This document shows positions 38,912 to 48,668 of a stretch of 64,000 nucleotides of DNA, one piece after another. The notes under the pieces were generated by a model, which was not told the origin of the DNA, ran no database searches, and was given only the letters and a program-made list of their open reading frames with translations. The stretch's first letter is position 1. Every line of letters begins with the position of its first letter. The stretch comes from a virus (Duplodnaviria > Heunggongvirae > Uroviricota > Caudoviricetes): IMG/VR virus record IMGVR_UViG_3300042321_000183. One strand, given 5' to 3'. Both the position numbers and the translations under genes were made by a program.

Positions 38912-41900
38912 TTAACATTCATACCCAATGAAAGTTACATATACATTATCAGAAGATGCAATACATTGACCTGATACTGATGGAAGACTTCCCATTCCAA
39001 CAGAAGTTGAACCAACTCCTGCATTGTTACCATTGAGTATTGTAACATATACAGTGATATCACCATATGTACTAGTGGACACAACTACTTCTATTATAGT
39101 ATCTACATTTACATTACCACTAAGAGTAACTGAGGAATCTATATAAATCTCTCCTAATATATCAGAAGCACTTGCACCAAGGTTAGTTACAGTTCTTGCA
39201 ACAGGTGCTGCAGTTGTAGTGGTAGTAGTAGTAGAAGAAGTACTAGTTGTAGTTGTACATACAATACATGTTCCTACATCGAATGTAGCAATTCCAGATG
39301 TATTAGGATCATTGATTGTTGCAGCTCTATAGCTATTACCAGTGCGAACCCATACTGGTACACCAGCTGGTGATAGTACAAACTCATCACATTGAATTGC
39401 AGTTGCAGAACAGAATGGTGGATCAGTCAATATTACATTTGTCATTGTTAAAGCAGTACCACAAGCATCATCAGGACCTGCTGAACTATATCTATAAAGA
39501 GATGGTTGTGGTGTAGTGGTAGTGCTAGTTGTAGGAGTAGGAGTTGTTGTACTTGTTGTAGTAACAGATACACGTATAAATTCTCCTGCTGTTAATCTAC
39601 AATCAGGTTCTGTTGTAAAAGATCCTGGAATTAATATACAGTCAAAAGGCACAGCAGTTGTGGTAGTAGTAGTGGTACTAGTAGAAGTAGATGTAGATGT
39701 TGTTGTAGTGGTAGTGGTTTGTTGTGAAGCTGTTCCTCCTAAAAGACAAGGATATCCTACCACTACAGCTGTACCAGTTAGGTTACAGTATATAATTCTT
39801 GTTGTTGTTGTAGTTGTGGTTGGAGAAGGTATTGGTACAACTGCCACTGCTGTGACATCACAACCTTCATTTAATCCAGAATAGAAGAAGCTGTTTTCTC
39901 CTATATAGAAGTTAGGAAGATATGTATGAAAACTCACCCAACTCTTTGTATTGAAGTTAAATGAAACAGTCCATGATTTGTTACAGAAGTATTCAAGATC
40001 TGTCACCTCGATATATTTCTTAACTACAAGATCACCAGCTACTGGTTGGTCAACATAAAACTGTTTAACCACCTCATCATAAAATACCTCTTTACCTGGT
40101 TGTGGAACATAGTCTAACTTAGTAATTATTACTCTTTCAAATACACTATCATACACACCATGAATACCAATATTCTTGAAATGATTATCTGTGTTAACTG
40201 TTGGGAAGTATCTTAGTATTTCAAATGCTAAATGATTTGTAAAGAATCTATTAAGACCAGAACCAAATCCTGAAATATCAGTTGCTTGTGTTCCTTGAAT
40301 TAAAAATACTTGACATCTCTTAGCATCAATAGTTATCTGCCCTTGAGGTATCTTAAGCAACATCTTATTTTGACAACCAACATATCCAAGATCTGTTTCA
40401 GCGTAATCTATAGGAGGTGGTTCAACACTGCTGAATAATGAAGGATTACCTAAATAAGCTGCTTGAGGATTACTTGTATTCAATGTTAACATGTTACCAT
40501 ATAACAATGTCTTGTTCTCAAATCTAGCTAGTGTAGCTCTGTTCTGAATACCATCTAAAGATATAAGATTACCATAGTTTTGAGGGAAATCAAAGAAGCT
40601 CACTGGACGATATATCAACCAGCTATTTATTCTATTGTCAGAATAACTTTCTTGTCTATCAGAGTATATTGCTCTGAATGGAAAGTTTTTATAACATAAT
40701 TGCTGTATCCAATCTGCAGGCAAGTGAGAGAAGAAGTTCTCTACATTCTGCTTAGAGAAGGTTGTATTGTAATAATATGTATTATCAAGAGCAATAGGAA
40801 CTCTACTTTCTTGGAACCAAGTATCAGGGATACCTGAACTTACATGTGGATAGAAGTCACCTTCTAAGTTATTGAATGCCTGACGTAAGTCTACATTAAT
40901 AGAACTCTCTACATAATAGTAAGGAATACCATAAGCAAACAAGTACATCTTACCATCATACACATAATTCAAAGAACCAGCTATTACTGTTCCTGGAGCA
41001 GGTGTAGTTGTAGAAGTTGTTGTACCACTGTCAGCAATATCATCATTAGGACAATCAAGATAATGTGCTTTGGTAGAGATTATATTCTTCATTACAGTAG
41101 AGCCTACAGTAAAATCAGACAAGATAGATCTTGCTGAATACCAATATTGTGGGTAAGCTACATTACCTATCTCATCATAATATATATCAGAATCATCAGG
41201 AGCATTCACTCTATTATCAATAAAGAATGGAAGTTTTGTTTTAAATCCAAACTTACCAATATATGTATCACCACCAAATATTACTTCAGGATCATTAGCA
41301 GATATTGCACTGAATATTCTTTGGAATCCTGTGTCAATAGTTTGATATGAATATATCTGTCCCCATTGAGCATTATTAATAGCCTTTATAGAACCATAGT
41401 AAGATACTACTTTGATATCTCTCTGAGCTTCAGGACTAGCACAGTTTTCTGCTTCTGAAATTGTAAATCTTGAAGTGTCACTAATTTGACTTACACCTGC
41501 TACAACAAGAGAAGGGGTGTCATTAGGATATGGCAAAGGTGATACAGGTATTCCATTTCTAACATCAATAGTTTTAACATAAACTGAAGACTCTCTGTTC
41601 CAGTTATTAAGATCATAATTATCACCTACGTTCTGTACACCTGGAAATACGTATTGAGCTAGATCAAGTTGTCTTTGTTTAATTCCTTGATTATTAGAAA
41701 TATCTGCACTATAATCATAACTAGATATAGAGTTAAATGAATATGCAAAGTTTTGTCTACTAATACCATTGATATAAATCTGTAAGTAAGTTTGATATGC
41801 TGTAAAGAATGCTGTAGGACTAAATCCCCCAAGATCAGCTATTCTCTTACTAGAGGTTAAAGCATCAACTTGTGTTTGTTCAGTGATAAGCTTATACATA

Positions 41901-44473
41901 GCATGTTTCTGCACTTCAACAAAATGAGCTCTTCCTCCACCAAATAATACACTCTCTAACTTAAGAACATTACCTAGTGTAGGTTGTCCAAAAGAAGTCT
42001 CTGGAGAATTAAATACTTGTCTGTAAGCAGACTCAGGATTATTAAATCCATCTAATTTATTAGGATAACAATTTAAGTTTTCACTTGTGTTGCTAGCTAC
42101 TATTTTATAATTACTTAGTCCTGATGTTCTTACAGGGAAAGTGGTAGAGTTAAATGTTTTAACGTTGTTACCACCTACAACACTACCTACTGTTATACTT
42201 TGTAATGCTCCTGTAACTGGATCTGTATAATTAAATGTAACAGAACTAACAGCTGAATTATTTGTAATTGTATAAGTAGTAGTTGTAGTATTTGTAAATG
42301 TTGCAGAACCACTATTTACAACAGGAAGTGTGATAGAACATATTTCAGTGGTACTGCTAGTAAAAGCTTGTGTATCTACTTCTCCTGTAAAACAGTTTGT
42401 GTATTGTAAGATACCAGGAGTTGTCACTGATACAGAGAACGTATCACATTGAGAGTTGTAAGCATTGTTTCTCTCAAGTAAGAATGGATCTTCACTTAAG
42501 TCATTGTATGGATAGTTAGGATAGTAGTAGTATGTAGCATTAGGATCAGCAGGATCTTCTCTAGTGTATTTACCTACATTTCTAAGAATACCTTTAGCAA
42601 TAATAGATTTGTTTGTACTTCTATTACCTCTTACTATTTTAAATCCAGCAATAGATGCCTTCTCTTCATTTGTTAAACTAGAGCTTTGAATAGCAAATGC
42701 CACTTGTTGTACATCTATCTTCACACCTATTGGATAGATAGCATTGGCAACTTGCATTACAGGTTCTATCTGACCTCCATTATATACAATGCTTGGACTC
42801 TCAAAGTAAGGACTTACAAGAACATCAGGAAATTTATGGTGTCTAATTGGTTTACCAGCTAAGTCTCCCCATACATCTACGTTACATGGATACTCCTCAG
42901 TAGACTCCCAATATGCAAAGTCTCCAGATTGATAAGGGTATGCCTCTCCTATCTTCCTAGTATTGTCTGTAGGAACAGGATACGTTGTAGATACACTGGC
43001 TGTATTATATATTTTCCAATTAGGACTATATTTATAAAGTGTAACAGGTTCAACATTAGTAGCAGTACCTATGAAGTCAGGAGTTGCATTAGGACCAGTT
43101 TCATAAATAGGAGTTAAATCATTAGAAATTGGTGATCTACCAGGAATATGAAAACCATCTGTTTGCTTACCATTGGTTAATAAGAATACAATTTCAAATG
43201 CATAAACCTCATCTCTTAAATATCCTCTTAAGTTGGAAGTATAAAAACCATCAGCATAGGTGTTACCAGCTGGCAGTTTATATGTCTCCCATTGAAGTTG
43301 TACTTGATTAGCAACGCTTTGATAGTTGATTCTATCAATAGAAGTTAAGTTGTCCCAAACAATAACATCTTGTACGTTTGTTACATCTTGAGCAATCTCA
43401 TAATAAGGAAACTTTTCAAGAACATCTGCAAGACTCAAAGGAATCTGAGTTGTGTTCTGTCCTGTATAAGTTATACTTGTAGACTTTTCTTCAATGTTAT
43501 ATGTTCCCACTAATTCTACAGTGGTACCATTATTAATGGTCTTTATAACAGCTAAGTTAAAGTATTGGAAGTATCCTGTAACATCTAAGTTAGTAATATT
43601 TAATACAATAGATTCACCTACAGAATATTGAAAATCAGGAGTTGTTATTTCTGTATTAGCAATAGATGTAGGATTAGTTATAGAGAAGTAGGATGTATAA
43701 GCATCTCCTGAAGCATTACCATATTGAATAGCAAATTGATAAGTACCAGCTCTCAAATCTCCTCCTACAACAATTTCAGCAACTTCTATATTAGGAATTT
43801 GAAAGTTAGGTTGTACATCTAACTTATTACAATCAAGAACTCCTTGTCCATCTACTACTAGAATAGTTGGATCACAAGTATTACCTCCTTCATATGAAAA
43901 AACATATGGAACTTGCTCAATGTTAATATATCTTCTTGGATTTAATCCATCAGTCCAATAAACCTCAGTGGTACAGTTTGTAATCTTATGTACAGCCTTG
44001 TGTATTGGATAGTTTATATCAAAGTTTAAACATTCTGAGTTAGCACAAACTGTTAAGTCTGTATCAGGAATAGGAGTACAAAGTGTGCGATATACACAAT
44101 CATTGTTATCCATATATCCTATCTCACTTCCTCCTGTTTGAGGATTCGCTAAGAAGAATATGTGTTTGTTTTTCTCTTGTATGAAATGAGTTCCAATAAG
44201 CTGAAAGCCTTCAGGAAACTCTAAGCAAGCTTCATTACTTGGCTCATTCTGATAGCTTACAGAATTAGCGTCAAAGTTTTCTAATGCTGCGTTTAGAGCA
44301 TAAGAAAGCTTACCCTTCTGTATTTGATTTACAGAAGAGTCCATGTCTAATCCAACTCTGCCAAGATTAAATTCTTGTCTTACGTTAGATGTTCCTTGAT
44401 TATCTATTCCATCCTCTGCCATATCTTGAGCTTCTATTTGGTAATTCATATTGTCCAAAGCGTTGTAAGTCAT
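38912..44473 (-). CDS. Large tail / host-recognition protein, 1853 aa, with poly-Thr/Ser linkers
   Basis: It is a long ORF in the tail region. The C-terminal third contains low-complexity linkers (TTTTTTTRIIYCN, TTTTTTTSTSTSTSTTTTTTT, TTTSTSSTTTTTTT) separating Cys-containing modules. The N-terminal 74 nt overlap the upstream gene. Confidence 0.6.
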   Translation of the reverse strand: MTYNALDNMNYQIEAQDMAEDGIDNQGTSNVRQEFNLGRVGLDMDSSVNQIQKGKLSYALNAALENFDANSVSYQNEPSNEACLEFPEGFQLIGTHFIQEKNKHIFFLANPQTGGSEIGYMDNNDCVYRTLCTPIPDTDLTVCANSECLNFDINYPIHKAVHKITNCTTEVYWTDGLNPRRYINIEQVPYVFSYEGGNTCDPTILVVDGQGVLDCNKLDVQPNFQIPNIEVAEIVVGGDLRAGTYQFAIQYGNASGDAYTSYFSITNPTSIANTEITTPDFQYSVGESIVLNITNLDVTGYFQYFNLAVIKTINNGTTVELVGTYNIEEKSTSITYTGQNTTQIPLSLADVLEKFPYYEIAQDVTNVQDVIVWDNLTSIDRINYQSVANQVQLQWETYKLPAGNTYADGFYTSNLRGYLRDEVYAFEIVFLLTNGKQTDGFHIPGRSPISNDLTPIYETGPNATPDFIGTATNVEPVTLYKYSPNWKIYNTASVSTTYPVPTDNTRKIGEAYPYQSGDFAYWESTEEYPCNVDVWGDLAGKPIRHHKFPDVLVSPYFESPSIVYNGGQIEPVMQVANAIYPIGVKIDVQQVAFAIQSSSLTNEEKASIAGFKIVRGNRSTNKSIIAKGILRNVGKYTREDPADPNATYYYYPNYPYNDLSEDPFLLERNNAYNSQCDTFSVSVTTPGILQYTNCFTGEVDTQAFTSSTTEICSITLPVVNSGSATFTNTTTTTYTITNNSAVSSVTFNYTDPVTGALQSITVGSVVGGNNVKTFNSTTFPVRTSGLSNYKIVASNTSENLNCYPNKLDGFNNPESAYRQVFNSPETSFGQPTLGNVLKLESVLFGGGRAHFVEVQKHAMYKLITEQTQVDALTSSKRIADLGGFSPTAFFTAYQTYLQIYINGISRQNFAYSFNSISSYDYSADISNNQGIKQRQLDLAQYVFPGVQNVGDNYDLNNWNRESSVYVKTIDVRNGIPVSPLPYPNDTPSLVVAGVSQISDTSRFTISEAENCASPEAQRDIKVVSYYGSIKAINNAQWGQIYSYQTIDTGFQRIFSAISANDPEVIFGGDTYIGKFGFKTKLPFFIDNRVNAPDDSDIYYDEIGNVAYPQYWYSARSILSDFTVGSTVMKNIISTKAHYLDCPNDDIADSGTTTSTTTPAPGTVIAGSLNYVYDGKMYLFAYGIPYYYVESSINVDLRQAFNNLEGDFYPHVSSGIPDTWFQESRVPIALDNTYYYNTTFSKQNVENFFSHLPADWIQQLCYKNFPFRAIYSDRQESYSDNRINSWLIYRPVSFFDFPQNYGNLISLDGIQNRATLARFENKTLLYGNMLTLNTSNPQAAYLGNPSLFSSVEPPPIDYAETDLGYVGCQNKMLLKIPQGQITIDAKRCQVFLIQGTQATDISGFGSGLNRFFTNHLAFEILRYFPTVNTDNHFKNIGIHGVYDSVFERVIITKLDYVPQPGKEVFYDEVVKQFYVDQPVAGDLVVKKYIEVTDLEYFCNKSWTVSFNFNTKSWVSFHTYLPNFYIGENSFFYSGLNEGCDVTAVAVVPIPSPTTTTTTTRIIYCNLTGTAVVVGYPCLLGGTASQQTTTTTTTSTSTSTSTTTTTTTAVPFDCILIPGSFTTEPDCRLTAGEFIRVSVTTTSTTTPTPTTSTTTTPQPSLYRYSSAGPDDACGTALTMTNVILTDPPFCSATAIQCDEFVLSPAGVPVWVRTGNSYRAATINDPNTSGIATFDVGTCIVCTTTTSTSSTTTTTTTAAPVARTVTNLGASASDILGEIYIDSSVTLSGNVNVDTIIEVVVSTSTYGDITVYVTILNGNNAGVGSTSVGMGSLPSVSGQCIASSDNVYVTFIGYEC

Positions 44474-45371
44474 TTCTTACTCTTCTTTGTTTAGTCCATG
44501 CGTCTTGCTTCTTAATTTCAGTGTAAGCCATAATGAATGCTTCATCATGTAGCTGTTTGTAATATGCTAGCTTCTGTTGTATTTGATTAAAAGTTTCATC
44601 ATTGATTTGATTAGCCAATGTCTCAAACACCTTGTATTTAATAAACGCTTCTACAAACTCTCTAATACGATAGTTATCAGGAATTAACTGATTACCAATA
44701 GCATCATAGTCTGTAGCATAGAATATCATATGAACTATACCACAACCAAAGTTAGTGACAAACTTATTATCTCTAATGTCAAAGCTATCATATCCTGCTG
44801 ATCCTGGAGTGAACTCATGTATAGGAGGAGCAGGTGTATAGAATTCCCAAGCATCTGTATAACTTACATCACACTTACTTTGACAAGATATATTACCTGG
44901 TTTTAATAAGTATTCTCTTTTTATTGATCTAGCAATCTGTTGATTGGTTTTATATACTGCTTGGATGATATCAGGCATACACGTAGGACATCCTGTTGTA
45001 CAGTTAGGTTCTACACAAGGAACTCCACCACTAATAATAGGAGAGACTTGTATTGTTGTTTGAGAAGCAGCTTGAGAATAGAACGAGTTAGCTGTTTGAT
45101 ATGGGTAGTTAGATGGTATCTCTGTACACATCCAAGCCTCTCTAACAGCAAAGAAGTTATCAGGAAGTCTAGCCTCATAACCAGAAATATCTAGCGTCTG
45201 TTCAGCAATGACATAACTTGACCTACCTAACTTCTGTAGACATTTGTCTAAGTAAGTAGGGAAAAGCAAATCATCCACTGCTCCTGTGTCAAAGTAGGAT
45301 TTTAACTCTTCCTTAACAACTGAATAAATTGGTTCAGGTGAGACAAAATTGTATCTGTAATAGTATGCCAT
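44400..45371 (-). CDS. Hypothetical 323-aa protein with a Cys cluster
   Basis: The Cys cluster VPCVEPNCTTGCPTCMPD could bind metal or form disulfides. The gene lies within the tightly packed operon. Confidence 0.55.
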   Translation of the reverse strand: MAYYYRYNFVSPEPIYSVVKEELKSYFDTGAVDDLLFPTYLDKCLQKLGRSSYVIAEQTLDISGYEARLPDNFFAVREAWMCTEIPSNYPYQTANSFYSQAASQTTIQVSPIISGGVPCVEPNCTTGCPTCMPDIIQAVYKTNQQIARSIKREYLLKPGNISCQSKCDVSYTDAWEFYTPAPPIHEFTPGSAGYDSFDIRDNKFVTNFGCGIVHMIFYATDYDAIGNQLIPDNYRIREFVEAFIKYKVFETLANQINDETFNQIQQKLAYYKQLHDEAFIMAYTEIKKQDAWTKQRRVRNDLQRFGQYELPNRSSRYGRGWNR

Positions 45372-45377
45372 GTTCTT

Positions 45378-45854
45378 TTATTTTTTCCATTCACAATAAA
45401 TGTGTTGGTATTTATCATCTGTTTTTATGTAATGTGACAGCAATCTAGAAGTGGTACGAGAAGGTTTGAAATACCAAAGATTTATATTACGAATCCTAGT
45501 GGACTCTTTAAACCACATCCAACCAAAAAAGAATCCCTCTGTATGAAAGTTGAAGTTGTAGATGATTTTTCCCTTTTGTTTTGTCTTCTGCCAGTCTACT
45601 GGTAGGTTAACCACTTCTTTTCCATCAACTGTCTTTGTTTTCTTTCTCTTCTTTTTATTGATAGAGAACTCACCAAAGCCAAAAGGAAGTCTTGCTTTCT
45701 CTCCTGTTTCTAGAATGTAGTTTTTAAAATTGTCATTATATAAATATATAATGTTTCGCCACTCATCAAATGTAATTTTTATGGTGGGATGTTTCTTACA
45801 AAAGTTACTGTAGTTTTCTTTACTAGAGCTTCTCCAGTCTATCTTAGTACGCAT
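45378..45854 (-). CDS. Hypothetical 158-aa basic protein
   Basis: The ORF is separated from neighbours by 6 nt and a 1-nt overlap. It is Lys/Trp rich. Confidence 0.5.
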   Translation of the reverse strand: MRTKIDWRSSSKENYSNFCKKHPTIKITFDEWRNIIYLYNDNFKNYILETGEKARLPFGFGEFSINKKKRKKTKTVDGKEVVNLPVDWQKTKQKGKIIYNFNFHTEGFFFGWMWFKESTRIRNINLWYFKPSRTTSRLLSHYIKTDDKYQHIYCEWKK

Positions 45855-46591
45855 TAGCTTGTTGGTTTTGCATTGGGAGCTTGTCCATCAATGCCATCAA
45901 ATGTTTGGTCTGTTTTAATGCTAAAGTATGTCGATAATAGTTTTTGAGAAGTAAGTTGTAACACTTGTGTTATTAAGTAGCCTGGGCATCCAAACTCTTT
46001 GTCTAATGGATTTATACAATACTCTTCATTTGTTACAGAAGGAATGTTTCCACAAGCACAATCATCAGGATATAAAATACTGTTTGGAATATCTTCTTCA
46101 AAGAATGCAGATATTCTAACTGATTTTAAGTTAGGATTGTTAACATATAGATACCCACCATTAGCTATCCAATAGTATTGTTCAGCTTTTATGATAGGAA
46201 GTTTTAATAGATTTAAGTATCTATTGATTGTAATCTCTTTGAATCTTTTTCCTTTACCTCCCATAGCGTTTATAGAATAAACACCTTGGATTAAGTATTG
46301 ATAGTTTCCCTCACTGATGCGAGGAAGTTTGTATTTGCTTCTTGCAACTTGACAAGGGTCCACATATTCACAGCAATCAGAAATAGGCACCTCTAGCATT
46401 TCCAAACAAGGAAGTGTTTGAAATACAGTATCAGTAGCCCAAAGCTTTCTGAGATTAGTCTCACGTTTGATTAGTAAAAATGTGTTGTTCTTGATTTCAG
46501 ACGCAACCACTCTATCAGTAATTAGATTATCTGTAGTGAGCAATTTATGTACTGAACGTACATCTGAAACCATTTGTCTTAATGTTGCCAT
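45854..46591 (-). CDS. Hypothetical 245-aa protein
   Basis: The ORF is chained to its neighbours by 1-nt overlaps. Confidence 0.5.
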   Translation of the reverse strand: MATLRQMVSDVRSVHKLLTTDNLITDRVVASEIKNNTFLLIKRETNLRKLWATDTVFQTLPCLEMLEVPISDCCEYVDPCQVARSKYKLPRISEGNYQYLIQGVYSINAMGGKGKRFKEITINRYLNLLKLPIIKAEQYYWIANGGYLYVNNPNLKSVRISAFFEEDIPNSILYPDDCACGNIPSVTNEEYCINPLDKEFGCPGYLITQVLQLTSQKLLSTYFSIKTDQTFDGIDGQAPNAKPTS

Positions 46592-47841
46592 TATAAATAC
46601 TGTTTGAATATATTTGTCATCCCATCACAGTCATCTATTAAAAATCCTGTTACTTCTGCCTTGGACATTGTGTGACCCATCTTGTCGTCCCAAAGACTTT
46701 TAGCATTTGAAAATGCTGGAATTTGATAAAACTTTATACCATTGAAATCATGACTCACCTCATGGTGTTTGTCTCCTGTAAAAATGTAAAACTTGCTATG
46801 ACTAGACCAATGTTCTCTAAACTCTATTGGGAATAAAGCTGCAAGCTTAGCTGGTTTGATAGCATCTCCATGGTTAAACATCAATGCTGAATCACCATAG
46901 CTTACATACTTTCTATACTTAGGAGATAAATCAAATGCTAATCTCTCTGTATTTCTGAAGTAGGTTTGTAACCAGTTAACTAAATGCCAACCTACAAACT
47001 CATCATGATTACCTGCCACATAGATTACATTTACATTCTGAGCATATTGTAATAACATTGTAATCATTAACACCTCATGTCCACAGATGTATTCAAAAGA
47101 TGTATGATATGTATGCGTGTTCTGTTGAGGAGTTCCTTTTGTAGTGGCATTTGTATACTCACTGTTAAACTCATCAGATCCTATTATGTAAGTTATGTTC
47201 TGCAAGTTGTTGGATAACTGAGCTTGATTAGCTATCAGTTCCACCTTGTACATAATGTTAGCTAGTCTATCTGCTACATTATTATTACCATCTATGTCCC
47301 ATTTGTTTAAGTGAGAGTCTTGTTTGTTGATAACTAACATACCATTTGGTTTGTTAAAGTCAACCTTAGGACTCATAACTTCTTGAGACACAGGCTTATA
47401 TGAAGCTAAAAAGTCTACAAACACATCTTGAAAAACTTGTTCTGTAGACTTCTTCCCTAACCATGCTTTGACTTGCCAATGAGGATTGTTTCCATTTCCC
47501 CAGAAGTTTTGAACATATTTGGTTATCTCCCACTTCTCTGTATCTATCTTACATTTCTCAATGAGTTCGTCTAAACTCTTAACCTCTTCGCTAAAGTTGG
47601 CTACAACCTCTCCTGTACCCTTAGCTAGATCTTCTGTAAACTTAATAACCCTGTTTTCTAGATCAGCAATATAGTTCCCTATCTCAGCATCTTCTTCACT
47701 CTTCTCTTGATTTCTTAATTCTTTTAATAGCTCATCCACCTCAAACTCTGTAATTCCAAGCTTATCAGCATAGAACTTTTTACTTTTTTTCCAGTGTAGA
47801 ATCTCTTCTAGCTGTTGCAGCAAGGATTGATTTTCAGGCAT
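46591..47841 (-). CDS. Calcineurin-like metallophosphoesterase
   Basis: VIYVAGNHDEF (the GNH[DE] motif, nt ~46999-47025) and FTGDKHHEVSHD (the GHxH-type motif) are core metallophosphatase signatures. It is the first gene after a strong terminator and an AT-rich gap. Confidence 0.65.
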   Translation of the reverse strand: MPENQSLLQQLEEILHWKKSKKFYADKLGITEFEVDELLKELRNQEKSEEDAEIGNYIADLENRVIKFTEDLAKGTGEVVANFSEEVKSLDELIEKCKIDTEKWEITKYVQNFWGNGNNPHWQVKAWLGKKSTEQVFQDVFVDFLASYKPVSQEVMSPKVDFNKPNGMLVINKQDSHLNKWDIDGNNNVADRLANIMYKVELIANQAQLSNNLQNITYIIGSDEFNSEYTNATTKGTPQQNTHTYHTSFEYICGHEVLMITMLLQYAQNVNVIYVAGNHDEFVGWHLVNWLQTYFRNTERLAFDLSPKYRKYVSYGDSALMFNHGDAIKPAKLAALFPIEFREHWSSHSKFYIFTGDKHHEVSHDFNGIKFYQIPAFSNAKSLWDDKMGHTMSKAEVTGFLIDDCDGMTNIFKQYL

Positions 47842-47940
47842 ATGTAGTTTAGTTTAGTTAAAATTACTGTAAAGGTAGGAATTATTTTTGACATTTTCAA
47901 AATTTTGTTAACTAATTTAATTATATAGAATAACTTTTTT
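47842..47940 (-). promoter_or_regulatory. AT-rich gap likely to carry a promoter for the phosphoesterase-led sub-operon
   Basis: It lies between the terminator and the ATG at 47841. The - strand carries TTTG ... TAccTTTa spaced about 20 nt apart, loosely resembling the Bacteroidota -33 TTTG / -7 TAnnTTTG consensus. The match is weak. Confidence 0.25.
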
Positions 47941-47954
47941 AGTTAGAGTTTAAA

Positions 47955-47985
47955 CAAAAAACCCCCAGGGTAGAAACCCTAGGGG
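47955..47985 (-). terminator. Rho-independent terminator after ORF 48017..48646
   Basis: On the - strand the sequence is CCCCUAGGG-uuucua-CCCUGGGGG, a 9-bp stem with one G-U pair, followed by UUUUUUG. It is GC-rich in an AT-rich background and sits 30 nt past the stop codon. Confidence 0.65.
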
Positions 47986-48016
47986 AGACCATCTGTAAAC
48001 CAACAAACAGGGGTTT

Positions 48017-48646
48017 TTAATCAGGTGTGTTGCAAGTTGCAACTAAACTAAATGTACCAGAGCTAGTGAAACAGTTCACTGTATCTGTTCTTAAGCGATA
48101 GCTACCTGCAGATAAGATGTTAGAAGGTAATGTTGATGCCCAAGTTCCTGGACTCATGCTTGTCTGAGTATAAGTGAACGTATATAAAACTGTGGTATTT
48201 GCAGCATCCATAATGTAACATGCATATGTTCTTGTACCAGTTCCAGAGTAGTAATATCCACCAGGAGTGATAAGAGCTGTATTTCCTGCAGTCACTGTGA
48301 ATGGAGCAGATTCACCTCCAGAACATGTAGCGAGTGCATTTCTATCACCAGTTATACATTCAACAAATGCTGTGGTTGTAGAGGTTGTTGTAGAAGTAGA
48401 AGTGCTACTAGTTGTAGTGGTTGTTGCACCACTTAAAAGTATATCAAGATAATTTGTACAAGTGCCTGTAGATTGTACTCTGATAACAGAAGCATTATCA
48501 GGCACATTTAAAAGATTGTATCCTGCTACTAATGCAGCTCTAGATACACCACTTGCTATTGCTGTGGTATATCCATCTACATTTGAATAAAGGTTAAAGG
48601 GACCTACGTCTGTCCCTGCTAATGTTAATGTTACTAAGACTGTCAT
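48017..48646 (-). CDS. Small receptor-binding/fiber-like protein (209 aa), family A N-terminal module plus poly-Thr linker
   Basis: The N-terminus is shared with 38456..38890 and 37579..38445. The linker is TTTTTSSTSTSTTTSTTT. It is followed by a strong terminator. Confidence 0.6.
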   Translation of the reverse strand: MTVLVTLTLAGTDVGPFNLYSNVDGYTTAIASGVSRAALVAGYNLLNVPDNASVIRVQSTGTCTNYLDILLSGATTTTTSSTSTSTTTSTTTAFVECITGDRNALATCSGGESAPFTVTAGNTALITPGGYYYSGTGTRTYACYIMDAANTTVLYTFTYTQTSMSPGTWASTLPSNILSAGSYRLRTDTVNCFTSSGTFSLVATCNTPD

Positions 48647-48668
48647 ATTATTGATTTGTTTGGTTTAA

